A DNA stretch of 64,000 bases from Patescibacteria group bacterium. Its GTDB lineage: Bacteria; Patescibacteriota; Saccharimonadia; UBA4664; SCTI01. The notes under the pieces were generated by a model that saw only the letters and a list, made by a program, of their open reading frames with translations, searched no databases and had not been told where the DNA came from. Below, piece by piece: positions 19,191 through 27,539 of this stretch. The stretch lies in the NCBI GenBank assembly GCA_004297735.1, contig SCTI01000001.1, forward strand, positions 51,467 through 115,466. The letters are read 5' to 3'. Position numbers and translations under genes: made by a program. Each line of letters starts with the position of its first letter. Position 1 is the first letter of the stretch.

Positions 19191-19997
19191 ATGAGTCAGC
19201 AGAAGACCAGCCGTCTGATCATTCAGGGTCAGCCGGATGACATTCGTCGTCGGTATCACCTCGATATCGACTTCCCGTTCGGCCACATCAACTTGAGCCC
19301 AGGGAAGCCAGACTCCGGCGGGTTGGTCCACTTCACCTACGGCTCCTTCGTTGGCTACTGGGCCAGTGCTTACCCAAGTCATTCCCAGATTCCGGGTCGC
19401 TTGCATCACATCATCAGCCAGATCGCTCGGGCCAGGTGGAGCAGCAACCTGCCGCTAGCTGGTGGGATTGCGGTACGTACCAATCACATGCGCGTGTTCA
19501 TCAACAAGCGCATTCCCGCTAATAAGCGCCGCTCCGCTCTCCACCATCTCGACAATGTTGTCATCAAGGCGCTCGGCGCAGATCTGCGGCCGGATTACGA
19601 CAGCGGGCAGATGTGGTACAACGACCCAGGGCCTCAGGTCGATGTGGTTCGCCCGGACTGGCAAGCTGGGGTTAACGTGTCCGATCCGGAAGGGGATCGT
19701 CGGATCAGGCTTGACCCTGACGTCAACTGGAAGACCTTCAGCGGCGAGCGTTTCGTCAACGTCAAGGAGCAGTTCTCGATCCATCGGATCCGTAGCTGGC
19801 CGAAGGAACAGATTGAGCTTCTGCATACGCTGTTCTGGTCGCAGGGGAGCGAGTCGTGCGACATCTTTCCTCCGCTCACTGGCAGCGGCATGGAGTTGAC
19901 GTTGCGCAAGGGCTTGGCCTGGACGTGGGCGGACGTCAACCGCGAGTGGACCAATCGGTTCGCCACCGGCGTTGACCTGCGCGCCCTCGCGGCTTAG
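19191..19997 (+). CDS. hypothetical protein on a GC-rich islet (268 aa)
   Basis: ORF 19116-19997. I chose the internal ATG (MSQQKTSRL...) after an AAAGGA RBS. Confidence 0.5.
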   Translation: MSQQKTSRLIIQGQPDDIRRRYHLDIDFPFGHINLSPGKPDSGGLVHFTYGSFVGYWASAYPSHSQIPGRLHHIISQIARARWSSNLPLAGGIAVRTNHMRVFINKRIPANKRRSALHHLDNVVIKALGADLRPDYDSGQMWYNDPGPQVDVVRPDWQAGVNVSDPEGDRRIRLDPDVNWKTFSGERFVNVKEQFSIHRIRSWPKEQIELLHTLFWSQGSESCDIFPPLTGSGMELTLRKGLAWTWADVNREWTNRFATGVDLRALAA

Positions 19998-20011
19998 CCG
20001 TATCTAGAACA

Positions 20012-20050
20012 AAGAGGCCGAGCGTCATGCTCGGCCTCTAAGCGTTTTTA
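20012..20050 (+). terminator. strong intrinsic terminator (AGAGGCCGAGC-GTCAT-GCTCGGCCTCT plus TTTTTA)
   Basis: 11-bp perfect stem followed by a T-run. Confidence 0.75.
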
Positions 20051-20066
20051 TTACTGGTAGCTAGTG

Positions 20067-20255
20067 TTACTTCCAGCCGAAGGTCTGGCCTAATATCCAC
20101 ACGGTAATCGCAATGGAAATAAAGAACAGACCTAGACCTACTGGGCTACCCCAGCTGAACCACGAGCCCCACGAGCGCCAGTGCTTGAGGCTCTCGACGT
20201 GGCTCCAGTCGTACTCTTTTTCGTAGTCTCTGGGACTTTTACTTTCGTTTGCCAT
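20067..20255 (-). CDS. small membrane protein (62 aa)
   Basis: W-rich N-terminus and one TM helix. Confidence 0.4.
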   Translation of the reverse strand: MANESKSPRDYEKEYDWSHVESLKHWRSWGSWFSWGSPVGLGLFFISIAITVWILGQTFGWK

Positions 20256-20466
20256 GGTTTTCTTTGTTATTTAATGAGAGTCTGTCGCCAAACGGAGTCG
20301 ACTATGTCCGTGCGGTGCAGGCTTACCCATTCATTTGCAGGGGTCTTTGCGTCCGTCCATGGTGTTCGCCGAATGAGTGGCGCATGGATGCAAGGGACGA
20401 CCCGATGCTGATATTTAAGCAAGAAAGTAGGGGAGTTTCAAGCGTTTACGGGTATAAGCGCAATAG

Positions 20467-20703
20467 CTAGTCACTAACTGTATGTATTGGCGGAATCGTT
20501 AGAGTAACGTCCATTAGGCTTGCGTACAGAATGGCAGTACGGAGTAGTTCTGGCTCATGAGCGAATGCGCCAAAGGTAAACATTGCGTAATCTAGCTTAT
20601 TTTTCCTGGCGTCTTGAATGAAGTCAATGTAGGTCCCAGCGTCATTTTCTTTTAGGTAGGCTTCACAGTCTTCTATGTTGTTGGGTAAATCAATTGAGCT
20701 CAT
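20467..20703 (-). CDS. hypothetical protein (78 aa)
   Basis: ORF with an upstream GGATAAC RBS-like sequence. Confidence 0.4.
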   Translation of the reverse strand: MSSIDLPNNIEDCEAYLKENDAGTYIDFIQDARKNKLDYAMFTFGAFAHEPELLRTAILYASLMDVTLTIPPIHTVSD

Positions 20704-20723
20704 ACTACTAGTTATCCTTTCGG

Positions 20724-21326
20724 TTAAAACGACCCTGTTTCTACCTTACCAGCCCGCTTGTAATTGGCAAAAATTACACCTTTGGGCGAGATCTTGGAAT
20801 CGGTCAGCTTAAACGCCGCCGGCATGGTGCCCTCGGCAAATAAACGCTTGCCTTCACCAAGGGTAATGGGGAAGACCTTGAGCCAGAACTCATCTACCAG
20901 GTCGTGTTTCAATAACGTCTGAATCATGTTCCCGCTACCGTGAACCTGCAGTACCGGTCCATTGCTCTGCTTCAGCTTCTTAAGCTTAGCAACCACATCG
21001 CCAGCAACCAGCACCGAGTTTTCCCATTCCAGTTTGGGCTTAGAAGCTGATAGTACGTACTTGGTCGCCTTATTAAAGGGCGCACCCAGCGTGTCCGGAC
21101 CCTGCTTCGGCCAATAATTGGCAAAAATATCGTAGGTCTTCCGGCCAAGCAGTAGATCATACGATCCATTCATTTGCTGGCTCATAACCTCACCAGAAAA
21201 ATCGTCCCAGTATGGAACAGTCCAGCCACCATACTTAAAGCCGCCACTGGTATCTTCGTCTGGCCCGCCCGGTGCCTGCATAACCCCGTCGAGGCTAAGA
21301 AAGGTGAGTACAATAATCTTTCTCAT
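20724..21326 (-). CDS. dihydrofolate reductase family protein (RibD C-terminal domain, YwjB-like)
   Basis: MRKIIVLTFLSLDGVMQAPGGPDED...VHGSGNMIQTLL pattern. GGAAGGAG RBS. Confidence 0.8.
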   Translation of the reverse strand: MRKIIVLTFLSLDGVMQAPGGPDEDTSGGFKYGGWTVPYWDDFSGEVMSQQMNGSYDLLLGRKTYDIFANYWPKQGPDTLGAPFNKATKYVLSASKPKLEWENSVLVAGDVVAKLKKLKQSNGPVLQVHGSGNMIQTLLKHDLVDEFWLKVFPITLGEGKRLFAEGTMPAAFKLTDSKISPKGVIFANYKRAGKVETGSF

Positions 21327-21330
21327 ATAC

Positions 21331-21753
21331 TTACTCCTTCCATAATATCTTGCTGATAGGCCCGTTTTTAGACAGTAACTTAATATGGTCATACGACTGC
21401 TGCAAAATCTGCTCTAAGATTGGCAGCTCTACATCGCTCAGCTGCTTAATGTACAAACAGTACCCAGTAGAGGCATGCTTACCGAGCTTAGCCAGTAATT
21501 CGGAGTAGCGAGCAGTTCCGTCCATAAGGTAAACTGTAATCTTATTTTTTCTGGGGTAGAAGCCAATGACCAAGCCGTCACCTTCGCGCCCGCTGTCGTA
21601 CTTGTAATGATAGGTATCAAACCCGAGCGTGCCGGCATTCCATAGCTTAGGCTCATGTCCACTTATCCGTTGCATCATATCAGCTAGAACCGCGGAATCT
21701 TTGGCGGTCTGCTCATTAAGCGCCGCGAAGTACTTTTCGACTTTATCCTTCAA
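21331..21753 (-). CDS. DUF1801 (YdhG-like) domain protein
   Basis: KLWNAGTLGFDTYHYKYDSGREGD core resembles DUF1801. Assigned by recollection only. Confidence 0.45.
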   Translation of the reverse strand: MKDKVEKYFAALNEQTAKDSAVLADMMQRISGHEPKLWNAGTLGFDTYHYKYDSGREGDGLVIGFYPRKNKITVYLMDGTARYSELLAKLGKHASTGYCLYIKQLSDVELPILEQILQQSYDHIKLLSKNGPISKILWKE

Positions 21754-22123
21754 CTGCTACCTCAAACCCTCCATATGCCATTTTCTTCATATCAACCGGC
21801 ATGGAAAAATCGTTTTGTTCTTTATATTTTTCGCTCATTTCTTCCATTGCCTTTTTGTTTACTTCGTCGCGGTGCTCCTTGGAGTTGAAAACAATAAAAG
21901 AGAACCATACATTTTCATCATCACCGGCGTCGGCCATGTCGGCAAAAGCGCGTGATTTTTCGTCACCCACCACTTGCTGCTTGAGGTCATCACCGCGACA
22001 CTCAAAATACTGAAGCGCACCATGCTTCATCCAAGCGTCACGCCCATCCTCGGCCATTTTCTCATACTCTGTTTCTTTGCCCTTAGGCACTACCAGTACA
22101 AAACCATCAACATATTTAGCCAT
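21743..22123 (-). CDS. DUF1428 family protein
   Basis: N-terminus YVDGFVLVVPKGKETEY...HGALQYFECRGDD matches the DUF1428 (YbaA-like) pattern. Confidence 0.65.
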   Translation of the reverse strand: MAKYVDGFVLVVPKGKETEYEKMAEDGRDAWMKHGALQYFECRGDDLKQQVVGDEKSRAFADMADAGDDENVWFSFIVFNSKEHRDEVNKKAMEEMSEKYKEQNDFSMPVDMKKMAYGGFEVAVEG

Positions 22124-22213
22124 CCCCACACTCCTTTTTTATAAAGTGACCTTCTTAAATAAGTTTAACATTTACTCCATATACTTTGCATATTGGAGGT
22201 AAACAAAAAGAGT

Positions 22214-22239
22214 ACCGAAGTGCTCGATAATTCCTGGTG
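22214..22239. repeat. left copy of a 26-bp imperfect direct repeat (ACCGAAG-N6-ATAATTCCTGGTG) bounding the AT-rich islet
   Basis: 21 of 26 nt identical to 23993-24018. The last 13 nt are identical to the tRNA-Gly 3' trailer. Confidence 0.6.
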
Positions 22240-22371
22240 TTAGCGACTCAGTAAGCGAGGCGTCATTGCCTTTGGCTGAAGTTTATTTTGAGTAGCTGTG
22301 TTCGTGGGCCAATTGTACGCCCGTGACAATCGTGTTGTGCATGGAGGTAAAAATTAACAAAATATTTCAGC

Positions 22372-23448
22372 TTATGCTTGTGCTGGTCCTCTCCATCGAT
22401 AAGCTCGTCTAAATCCAGCATCCTCAGCCTCCTTAACCGTCTTGGCATAGAATTCACCTCGTTTTGGGGTGATTTTTGCCTTGTCATATTGTTGGTCAAA
22501 CGGCAAGTGGTATATCTTGTCTCGCTTATTAGATATATTGCACTTGATGCAGGGGTAGTTCTTGTTCATTTTAAAGTTTTCTTTTAATTCAATTTTTAGC
22601 TCTTTTGCAAATCTTTTTGCTAAATCCGATAGTGTTGTCGATGTTGCGAAAACAGCTTTAACGGACCTGCCCTTATTTGCATCTCGATACTGGAAAACTG
22701 TGCCAAAAAACTGAAATATATGCTTTTCATAAATGACTTTGAATTTTGACCAATTCTTGCATTGTACGACTACTATTTCATTTTCCTTGCTTGCAATAAT
22801 ATCCCTGCCCAAATCTTCCAGCCCCTTGAATATGCCGACATATTCAACCTCATATCCTTTAGATTCGTAAGTATAGCCTACGTATCTTTCATACATCTTC
22901 CCGATTTGCCATTTGCTTTTTGGCCTGCTCCAATATCTATCAAGAGCCAATTGATTCCTCTCCGTGGTGCTTAGTTTTCTGTACTCCTTTTTTGAAACAT
23001 AATTAGTAACCTTATCTTCCAGCTCCTCCTCGCTGTAGTCCGCAAGAATCCTCCTATCTTCTTCGGATATATTGTCAACCTCTTCCTTGAGGTCGATAAG
23101 AAAAGGGGCAACACTTTCATAGTACGCAACAAGGTACTCAAGAATCTTTTTGTCTGAGATTGCCCTTCTCCTTTCCCGCGCCATATTTGCGACTACCTCG
23201 CTTGCCCGAACTGCGGGTACGTGCTTGTATTTTAAGAAGTCAACCAAATTTTGATCTTGAAGTTGCTGGTAATACTCAAATGCACTTGCTAAAGTAGGAA
23301 AACCAATCTGCCTCTCCTTTATAATTTGCTCTAAGTCTTTCTTTTGGTCTCGGATATGCTCTAAGTATTCTTGTGCTTGTTCGCGAACTTCATGCCATTC
23401 ACTTATTGTCTGCTGCAATTCTGCCCGTACATCTTCGTAGTACCCCAT
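22372..23448 (-). CDS. coiled-coil protein with a C-terminal Mrr-like PD-(D/E)xK restriction-endonuclease domain
   Basis: The N-terminal 170 aa or so are heptad-rich. C-terminal GYEVEYVGIFKGLEDLGRDIIASKENEIVVVQCKNWSK is an Mrr_cat-type D...D-x-K/QCK core. AT-rich codon usage. Confidence 0.7.
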   Translation of the reverse strand: MGYYEDVRAELQQTISEWHEVREQAQEYLEHIRDQKKDLEQIIKERQIGFPTLASAFEYYQQLQDQNLVDFLKYKHVPAVRASEVVANMARERRRAISDKKILEYLVAYYESVAPFLIDLKEEVDNISEEDRRILADYSEEELEDKVTNYVSKKEYRKLSTTERNQLALDRYWSRPKSKWQIGKMYERYVGYTYESKGYEVEYVGIFKGLEDLGRDIIASKENEIVVVQCKNWSKFKVIYEKHIFQFFGTVFQYRDANKGRSVKAVFATSTTLSDLAKRFAKELKIELKENFKMNKNYPCIKCNISNKRDKIYHLPFDQQYDKAKITPKRGEFYAKTVKEAEDAGFRRAYRWRGPAQA

Positions 23449-23903
23449 TATTTATATGCCTTTTCGAAATCTTCAATAAATAAGTCATTATAATAGGCTT
23501 TAATGTCCTTTTTAGCAGTAACGTTTACCCATTCCTTGTCTCTGGTGCATGAGCAATTAGGGTATCTGTTGCAACCCAAGAATTCACCATACATCCCGTC
23601 CCTTTTAACCATATAGCCTGTCTTACATTCAGGACAACTCCTATTTATCCTATGTATGCTTTTAGCAATTTTGGCTTCCTCGTATTCGTACGAATTTACA
23701 TATTCGTCACGCATTGATTCAATCTCTTTTTTAAGCTCCGCTAGAGATGTTGATGAAATGAAATTAGTTTTCAATAACTCTCTAGTAAGAAGTGACTTCT
23801 TTTTTTCATGGCGCCTTTTAGCATACTCGTCGAATAAGTCTATTAGCCAGCCTATTATTGTTAGGATTAGGAAAATACCTATAAGTATGATAAAAGGCTC
23901 CAT
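23448..23903 (-). CDS. membrane-anchored protein with a C-terminal topoisomerase-type C4 zinc ribbon
   Basis: Start at MEPFIIL with GGAGG 7 nt upstream. One TM helix. CPECKTGYMVKRDGMYGEFLGCNRYPNC is a zf-C4_Topoisom pattern. The stop overlaps the start of the downstream nuclease gene (TAATG). Confidence 0.65.
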   Translation of the reverse strand: MEPFIILIGIFLILTIIGWLIDLFDEYAKRRHEKKKSLLTRELLKTNFISSTSLAELKKEIESMRDEYVNSYEYEEAKIAKSIHRINRSCPECKTGYMVKRDGMYGEFLGCNRYPNCSCTRDKEWVNVTAKKDIKAYYNDLFIEDFEKAYK

Positions 23904-23992
23904 ACCGCTTCCTCCAAGATAAATATACCACTGTATCACGCTTTAAAGTTGGTTTTTAAGCAAGATTAACCGGTGGAATACTAGATGTAATC

Positions 23993-24018
23993 ACCGAAGC
24001 GTCAAATAATTCCTGGTG
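23993..24018. repeat. right copy of the 26-bp direct repeat, overlapping the 3' end of tRNA-Gly
   Basis: See 22214-22239. Confidence 0.6.
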
Positions 24019-24089
24019 CGGGTACAGGGACTCTAACCCTGGGCCTCTTCCTTGGCAAGGAAGCGCTCTAACAGCTGAGCTACACCCGC
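24014..24089 (-). tRNA. tRNA-Gly(GCC)
   Basis: Revcomp GCGGGTG TA GCTC AGCTGTTA GAGC G CTTCC TTGCCAA GGAAG AGGCC CAGGG TTAGAGT CCCTG TACCCGC A CCA. Confidence 0.85.
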
Positions 24090-24097
24090 ATGTAATT

Positions 24098-24173
24098 TGG
24101 TGGCGAGACTCGGACTCGAACCGAGGACACGAGGCTCTTCAGGCCACTGCTCTACCAACTGAGCTATCTCGCC
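24098..24173 (-). tRNA. tRNA-Phe(GAA)
   Basis: Revcomp GGCGAGA TA GCTC AGTTGGTA GAGC A GTGGC CTGAAGA GCCTC ...TTCGAGT... TCTCGCC A CCA. Confidence 0.9.
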
Positions 24174-24235
24174 AGGGCTGGTATGACCTCAGTATTCTAG
24201 AGGAAAAAACGGTTTAATTCAACAGTTTTGGGAGA

Positions 24236-24637
24236 CTAGCTAACCTTAACGCCGCAGTGCTTACAGCGCTTAGCTTTGGCTGGGATCATACTCAGGCATT
24301 CGGGGCACTCTTTTTCGCCCGTACCGACCTCCTGGCCGCGCTTGGCTCGGTTGATTAGGTGATTCATTGGCTTAACCACGCCAAAAAAGATAACAGCGGC
24401 AATTATAAGGAAGGCGATGAGGGCGTTGAGGAACTTGCCGTACATGATGGCGCTGCCGTTAATGGTGAGCTTGAGGGCGGAGAAGTCGGGTTGGCCGCCA
24501 ACCGCGGCGATCAGCGGGGTGATGACGTCTTCGACCAGGCTGGTCACGATGGTGCCAAAGGCGGCACCAATAACGACACCGACGGCTAGGTCGACCACGT
24601 TGCCACGGAGTAAGAACTGTTTGAACTCTTTAAGCAT
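24236..24637 (-). CDS. mscL: large-conductance mechanosensitive channel MscL with a C-terminal Cys4 zinc-ribbon extension
   Basis: MLKEFKQFLLRGNVVDLAVGVVIGAAFG is the canonical MscL N-terminus. C-terminus ...CPEC...CKHCG. Confidence 0.8.
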   Translation of the reverse strand: MLKEFKQFLLRGNVVDLAVGVVIGAAFGTIVTSLVEDVITPLIAAVGGQPDFSALKLTINGSAIMYGKFLNALIAFLIIAAVIFFGVVKPMNHLINRAKRGQEVGTGEKECPECLSMIPAKAKRCKHCGVKVS

Positions 24638-24664
24638 GAGTTTAGTATAGCGCAAAATAAGGAC

Positions 24665-24741
24665 TGGTGGGCGCTGAGGGACTCGAACCCCCGACCCTCT
24701 CGGTGTAAACGAGATGCTCTAGCCAACTGAGCTAAGCGCCC
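24665..24741 (-). tRNA. tRNA-Val(TAC)
   Basis: Revcomp GGGCGCT TA GCTC AGTTGGCTA GAGC A TCTCG TTTACAC CGAGA ... TTCGAGT ... AGCGCCC A CCA. Confidence 0.9.
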
Positions 24742-24853
24742 GGGTCGATTACGACCAGGGAATAGTAGCAAATATTGGGGCAATAATCAATCCTGGCTGG
24801 TTAAAATGAAGCGCCACCCTCCGAATCCGTTCAGAGGGTGGCGTGAGCCGCGG

Positions 24854-25258
24854 TTAGGCGGCGACGAGTTCGGCCTCGAGCTTCTTGTTGCGGGGAGGGT
24901 GGGCCGCGGTGATCAGCTTGCGGAACATCTGTTCGATGCTACGCCGGTTGCTGGTGTCGCTGCAGCGGTCGAAGAGATCGGCGGTCATCAGGAACTGGGG
25001 GCGGTTACCCCGGTGTAGACGCACCGGCATGCCGTCGGCGCGAGTCAGGGTGCCAGAGACGAGAATTTCGTCACCTGGCACTCCCACAATGATGCGGCCA
25101 GTCCCTCGGCCCGCGATTTCGAAAACGAAGCTGACTTGGTTGTCGGTACCGCTCGCTTCATCTGGCTTGATCTCCGTCTGGAGATCCTCGGCGGCCAGAA
25201 TGGCCAGCCGGATGAGGCGTTCGCTACGGGTTTCTGCTTTGCTCGTCGGTGTGGGCAT
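24854..25258 (-). CDS. hypothetical protein on a GC-rich islet (134 aa)
   Basis: Start MPTPTSK with an AGGAGG RBS 5 nt upstream. GC-rich. Confidence 0.5.
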   Translation of the reverse strand: MPTPTSKAETRSERLIRLAILAAEDLQTEIKPDEASGTDNQVSFVFEIAGRGTGRIIVGVPGDEILVSGTLTRADGMPVRLHRGNRPQFLMTADLFDRCSDTSNRRSIEQMFRKLITAAHPPRNKKLEAELVAA

Positions 25259-25388
25259 GTTGCCTCCTGGCGAGTTGGGAACAGTATCTGTATAATGACA
25301 TATTGACTCAAATTGCGCAAGTCGATTTGGGGTTGCTGACAACAGGTTAGAACCCATGTATAATTTGGGAGTTCCTCGAAAAGCTTAT

Positions 25389-25462
25389 GGCACCTTGGCG
25401 GAGTGGTTACGCAGAGGTCTGCAAAACCTTTTACACCGGTTCAATTCCGGTAGGTGCCTCCA
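25389..25462 (+). tRNA. tRNA-Cys(GCA)
   Basis: Acceptor GGCACCT/AGGTGCC. Anticodon loop CTGCAAA. Discriminator U73. Encoded CCA. Confidence 0.85.
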
Positions 25463-25487
25463 TTAATTATATTGTCCGGGAGAGTGG

Positions 25488-25563
25488 TGGAATGGTATAC
25501 ACGACGGACTTAAAATCCGTTGCCTTTACGGGCTTGAGGGTTCGAGTCCCTCCTCTCCCACCA
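25488..25563 (+). tRNA. tRNA-Leu(TAA)
   Basis: Acceptor GGGAGAG/CTCTCCC. Anticodon arm ACGGA-CTTAAAA-TCCGT. Long variable arm. Encoded CCA. Confidence 0.9.
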
Positions 25564-25598
25564 GGAATTATTCATTAATTGCGATTGCAGGCTGCATA

Positions 25599-25653
25599 TA
25601 TTAAGGTAGAGCTACTTCTAACATTCTAGGTGAGAGAAAGTTGGTGGAGCACA
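25599..25653 (+). repeat. copy 1 of a perfect 55-bp direct repeat (TATTAAGGTAGAGCTACTTCTAACATTCTAGGTGAGAGAAAGTTGGTGGAGCACA) ending at the start codon of ORF 25653
   Basis: Identical to 27485-27539. Contains a putative promoter and RBS (GGTGGAG). Confidence 0.9.
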
Positions 25654-26210
25654 TGAGCTACCGGCTCACGGAAGATCAGTGGCGCATTGTGCTGCTGATT
25701 TGGGATCGCAAAAAGAAGGGTCGGCATCCAGCGCAACCCTTTGACTTGGCCGCCCAGCTTGGCCTGAGCCGAATGAGCGTGTTACGCGATCTTGGATATC
25801 TGGTAAGTCTCGAAATCGTAAAACAAGATGTCGGCTATCAGTGTCACCCAGCAAAGCGTTGGCCTTCCGAAGAGATGTTGTGCCTCATGGAGGCTTGGCG
25901 AGTTGGAGTGAGCATTGACGAACAGGGCGAGGCCGACGTGGTCGCGGTGTATCTCACACAGCAAAATCAACTTCGGTTTCAAAATGGGCAAAAAATGTTT
26001 CGAGGATTTGTCGCTCAAGCTATAGGCGAAACTAAACGGGCTGAAAATCCACTCGAACATCTTGTCCAGCAGGCGGCCATTCAGCCATCATGCCCGGCTG
26101 ACATTGTTCGTCGAGCAGCTTACCAGGCGGCGATTGAGTACTGGCAGATTAGGCCGCTGCCTAATGGCACGGTTTTTGACAGCGCGGAAGGTGGAGCACA
26201 TGGCGTTTAA
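25653..26210 (+). CDS. winged-helix DNA-binding protein (hypothetical, GC-rich islet)
   Basis: FDLAAQLGLSRMSVLRDLGYLVSLEIV HTH-like segment. Start ATG immediately after the 55-bp repeat. Confidence 0.5.
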   Translation: MSYRLTEDQWRIVLLIWDRKKKGRHPAQPFDLAAQLGLSRMSVLRDLGYLVSLEIVKQDVGYQCHPAKRWPSEEMLCLMEAWRVGVSIDEQGEADVVAVYLTQQNQLRFQNGQKMFRGFVAQAIGETKRAENPLEHLVQQAAIQPSCPADIVRRAAYQAAIEYWQIRPLPNGTVFDSAEGGAHGV

Positions 26211-26793
26211 GCTGAATAAGGGTTACGAAGCAATCCTGGTAGCGATAGATCAGCAGCGCCGACCACTAAGCTTAAAAGAGCTTGAACTGCTGACAAACTT
26301 AAAGCCTCAGTCTCTCAGGGCGTACTGCAAGAAGCTGGTTAGAGAGAAGTACCTGGTGTATAACCACGCAACCCTTCGCTACTCAGAGGGTGAGCTCTTT
26401 CCACCCGTTATCAAGATGGAAAAAATAACGAAGCGGTTGGAGGCTTGGCGGGAGCAGGACCCCAGCTTCCATCCCGTAGCCTTTGAGCTGATGTTCAAGC
26501 ACGGTGGTGGATACGACTACGACTTGCGTCAGGATTTTCTGCGGCGACTGCGCGAACTGCTGCGTCCAGCGGAGGTGGCCGGATATGAGCCTGATTCGCT
26601 AGGCGAACCGCTCGTGCCGGCAGGCTGCAGTCCAGAGACCGAGCTGGTTTACCGGCGCGCTCACGAAGTGGTAAGCGATTGGCTGAGTCAGCGAATTGAC
26701 GTGGGTTCCGGGTTAGATCATGACCCCGGGCCGGAAGACGCGCCGCTGCGTGACGACGAGCCATGGTTCCCGGTTCCGCTGGAAGAAGAGTGA
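26200..26793 (+). CDS. winged-helix (MarR-like) hypothetical protein with an acidic C-terminal tail
   Basis: Start context GGTGGAGCACATG shared with the repeat genes. LSLKELELLTNLKPQSLRAYCKKLVREKYLV. Confidence 0.45.
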   Translation: MAFKLNKGYEAILVAIDQQRRPLSLKELELLTNLKPQSLRAYCKKLVREKYLVYNHATLRYSEGELFPPVIKMEKITKRLEAWREQDPSFHPVAFELMFKHGGGYDYDLRQDFLRRLRELLRPAEVAGYEPDSLGEPLVPAGCSPETELVYRRAHEVVSDWLSQRIDVGSGLDHDPGPEDAPLRDDEPWFPVPLEEE

Positions 26794-26887
26794 CGAAAGG
26801 CGGCCTCGCATAGTCTGTGAGGCCGCCAGGATTGCAATTATTTTATTTGATGGTACTTTATAAAGCATCAGTATCAACCTTCTACAG

Positions 26888-27202
26888 ATGGGTAAGAAGA
26901 TGATTCGACGACTGATTGACAACGTGTTGGTGCATGTCTTTTGCACCGCGGCGGTCGAGGTTTGCTTGGAGGCTTACGACGGGCGCGCACACCCCGACTA
27001 CTTGGGCCCGCTGCAGGCCAGGCTGCTGCGCCCGATGACCCGCTTGAATCTGCTTGTCTACGAGATGAACTGCAGCAACGAGCGCATGGAGTGGTCCCAG
27101 GCGGAGTTCCCGTACGGCAACGAGGAGCTGCGAAGGCGCCTCTTTGATTCCAGCTTCTGGGCTAAGGATCTGGCGTTTCGGGTTCGCTTGGCGTTCGCAT
27201 GA
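26888..27202 (+). CDS. hypothetical protein (104 aa)
   Basis: ORF in the GC-rich islet. Confidence 0.4.
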   Translation: MGKKMIRRLIDNVLVHVFCTAAVEVCLEAYDGRAHPDYLGPLQARLLRPMTRLNLLVYEMNCSNERMEWSQAEFPYGNEELRRRLFDSSFWAKDLAFRVRLAFA

Positions 27203-27417
27203 GTGTGCCGGAGTTGGCCGAAGGACATCAGCTCATCCTTAATGAGCTTAAAGAAGCGGGCAGCTGCGGCCGTCGGCTTACCGAGCTCGTTAAGTTGTTC
27301 GACGGTGATTTTGAGACGCTTGTTCGGTGCCGAGACCAGCTTATTGAATGGGGGCTGGTAAGGCGAGAAGGTGACTGCTCCACATCGAGCTTCGTACTGT
27401 CGGATAACGGCAAGTGA
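27199..27417 (+). CDS. small winged-helix-like protein (72 aa)
   Basis: Start overlaps the upstream stop (ATGA). LTELVKLFDGDFETLVRCRDQLIEWGLV. Confidence 0.4.
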   Translation: MSVPELAEGHQLILNELKEAGSCGRRLTELVKLFDGDFETLVRCRDQLIEWGLVRREGDCSTSSFVLSDNGK

Positions 27418-27484
27418 CCCCGGCGATTGGGCCGGGGTCGTTTTACGGAATTATATGGTTTTTGTTGTTTGCATCCAGTAGTTG

Positions 27485-27539
27485 TATTAAGGTAGAGCTA
27501 CTTCTAACATTCTAGGTGAGAGAAAGTTGGTGGAGCACA
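27485..27539 (+). repeat. copy 2 of the perfect 55-bp direct repeat, ending at the start codon of ORF 27540
   Basis: Identical to 25599-25653. Confidence 0.9.

Noticed and set aside
25387-25578. 63-aa ORF spanning tRNA-Cys and tRNA-Leu(TAA)
   Set aside because: It is entirely explained by two canonical tRNA genes.
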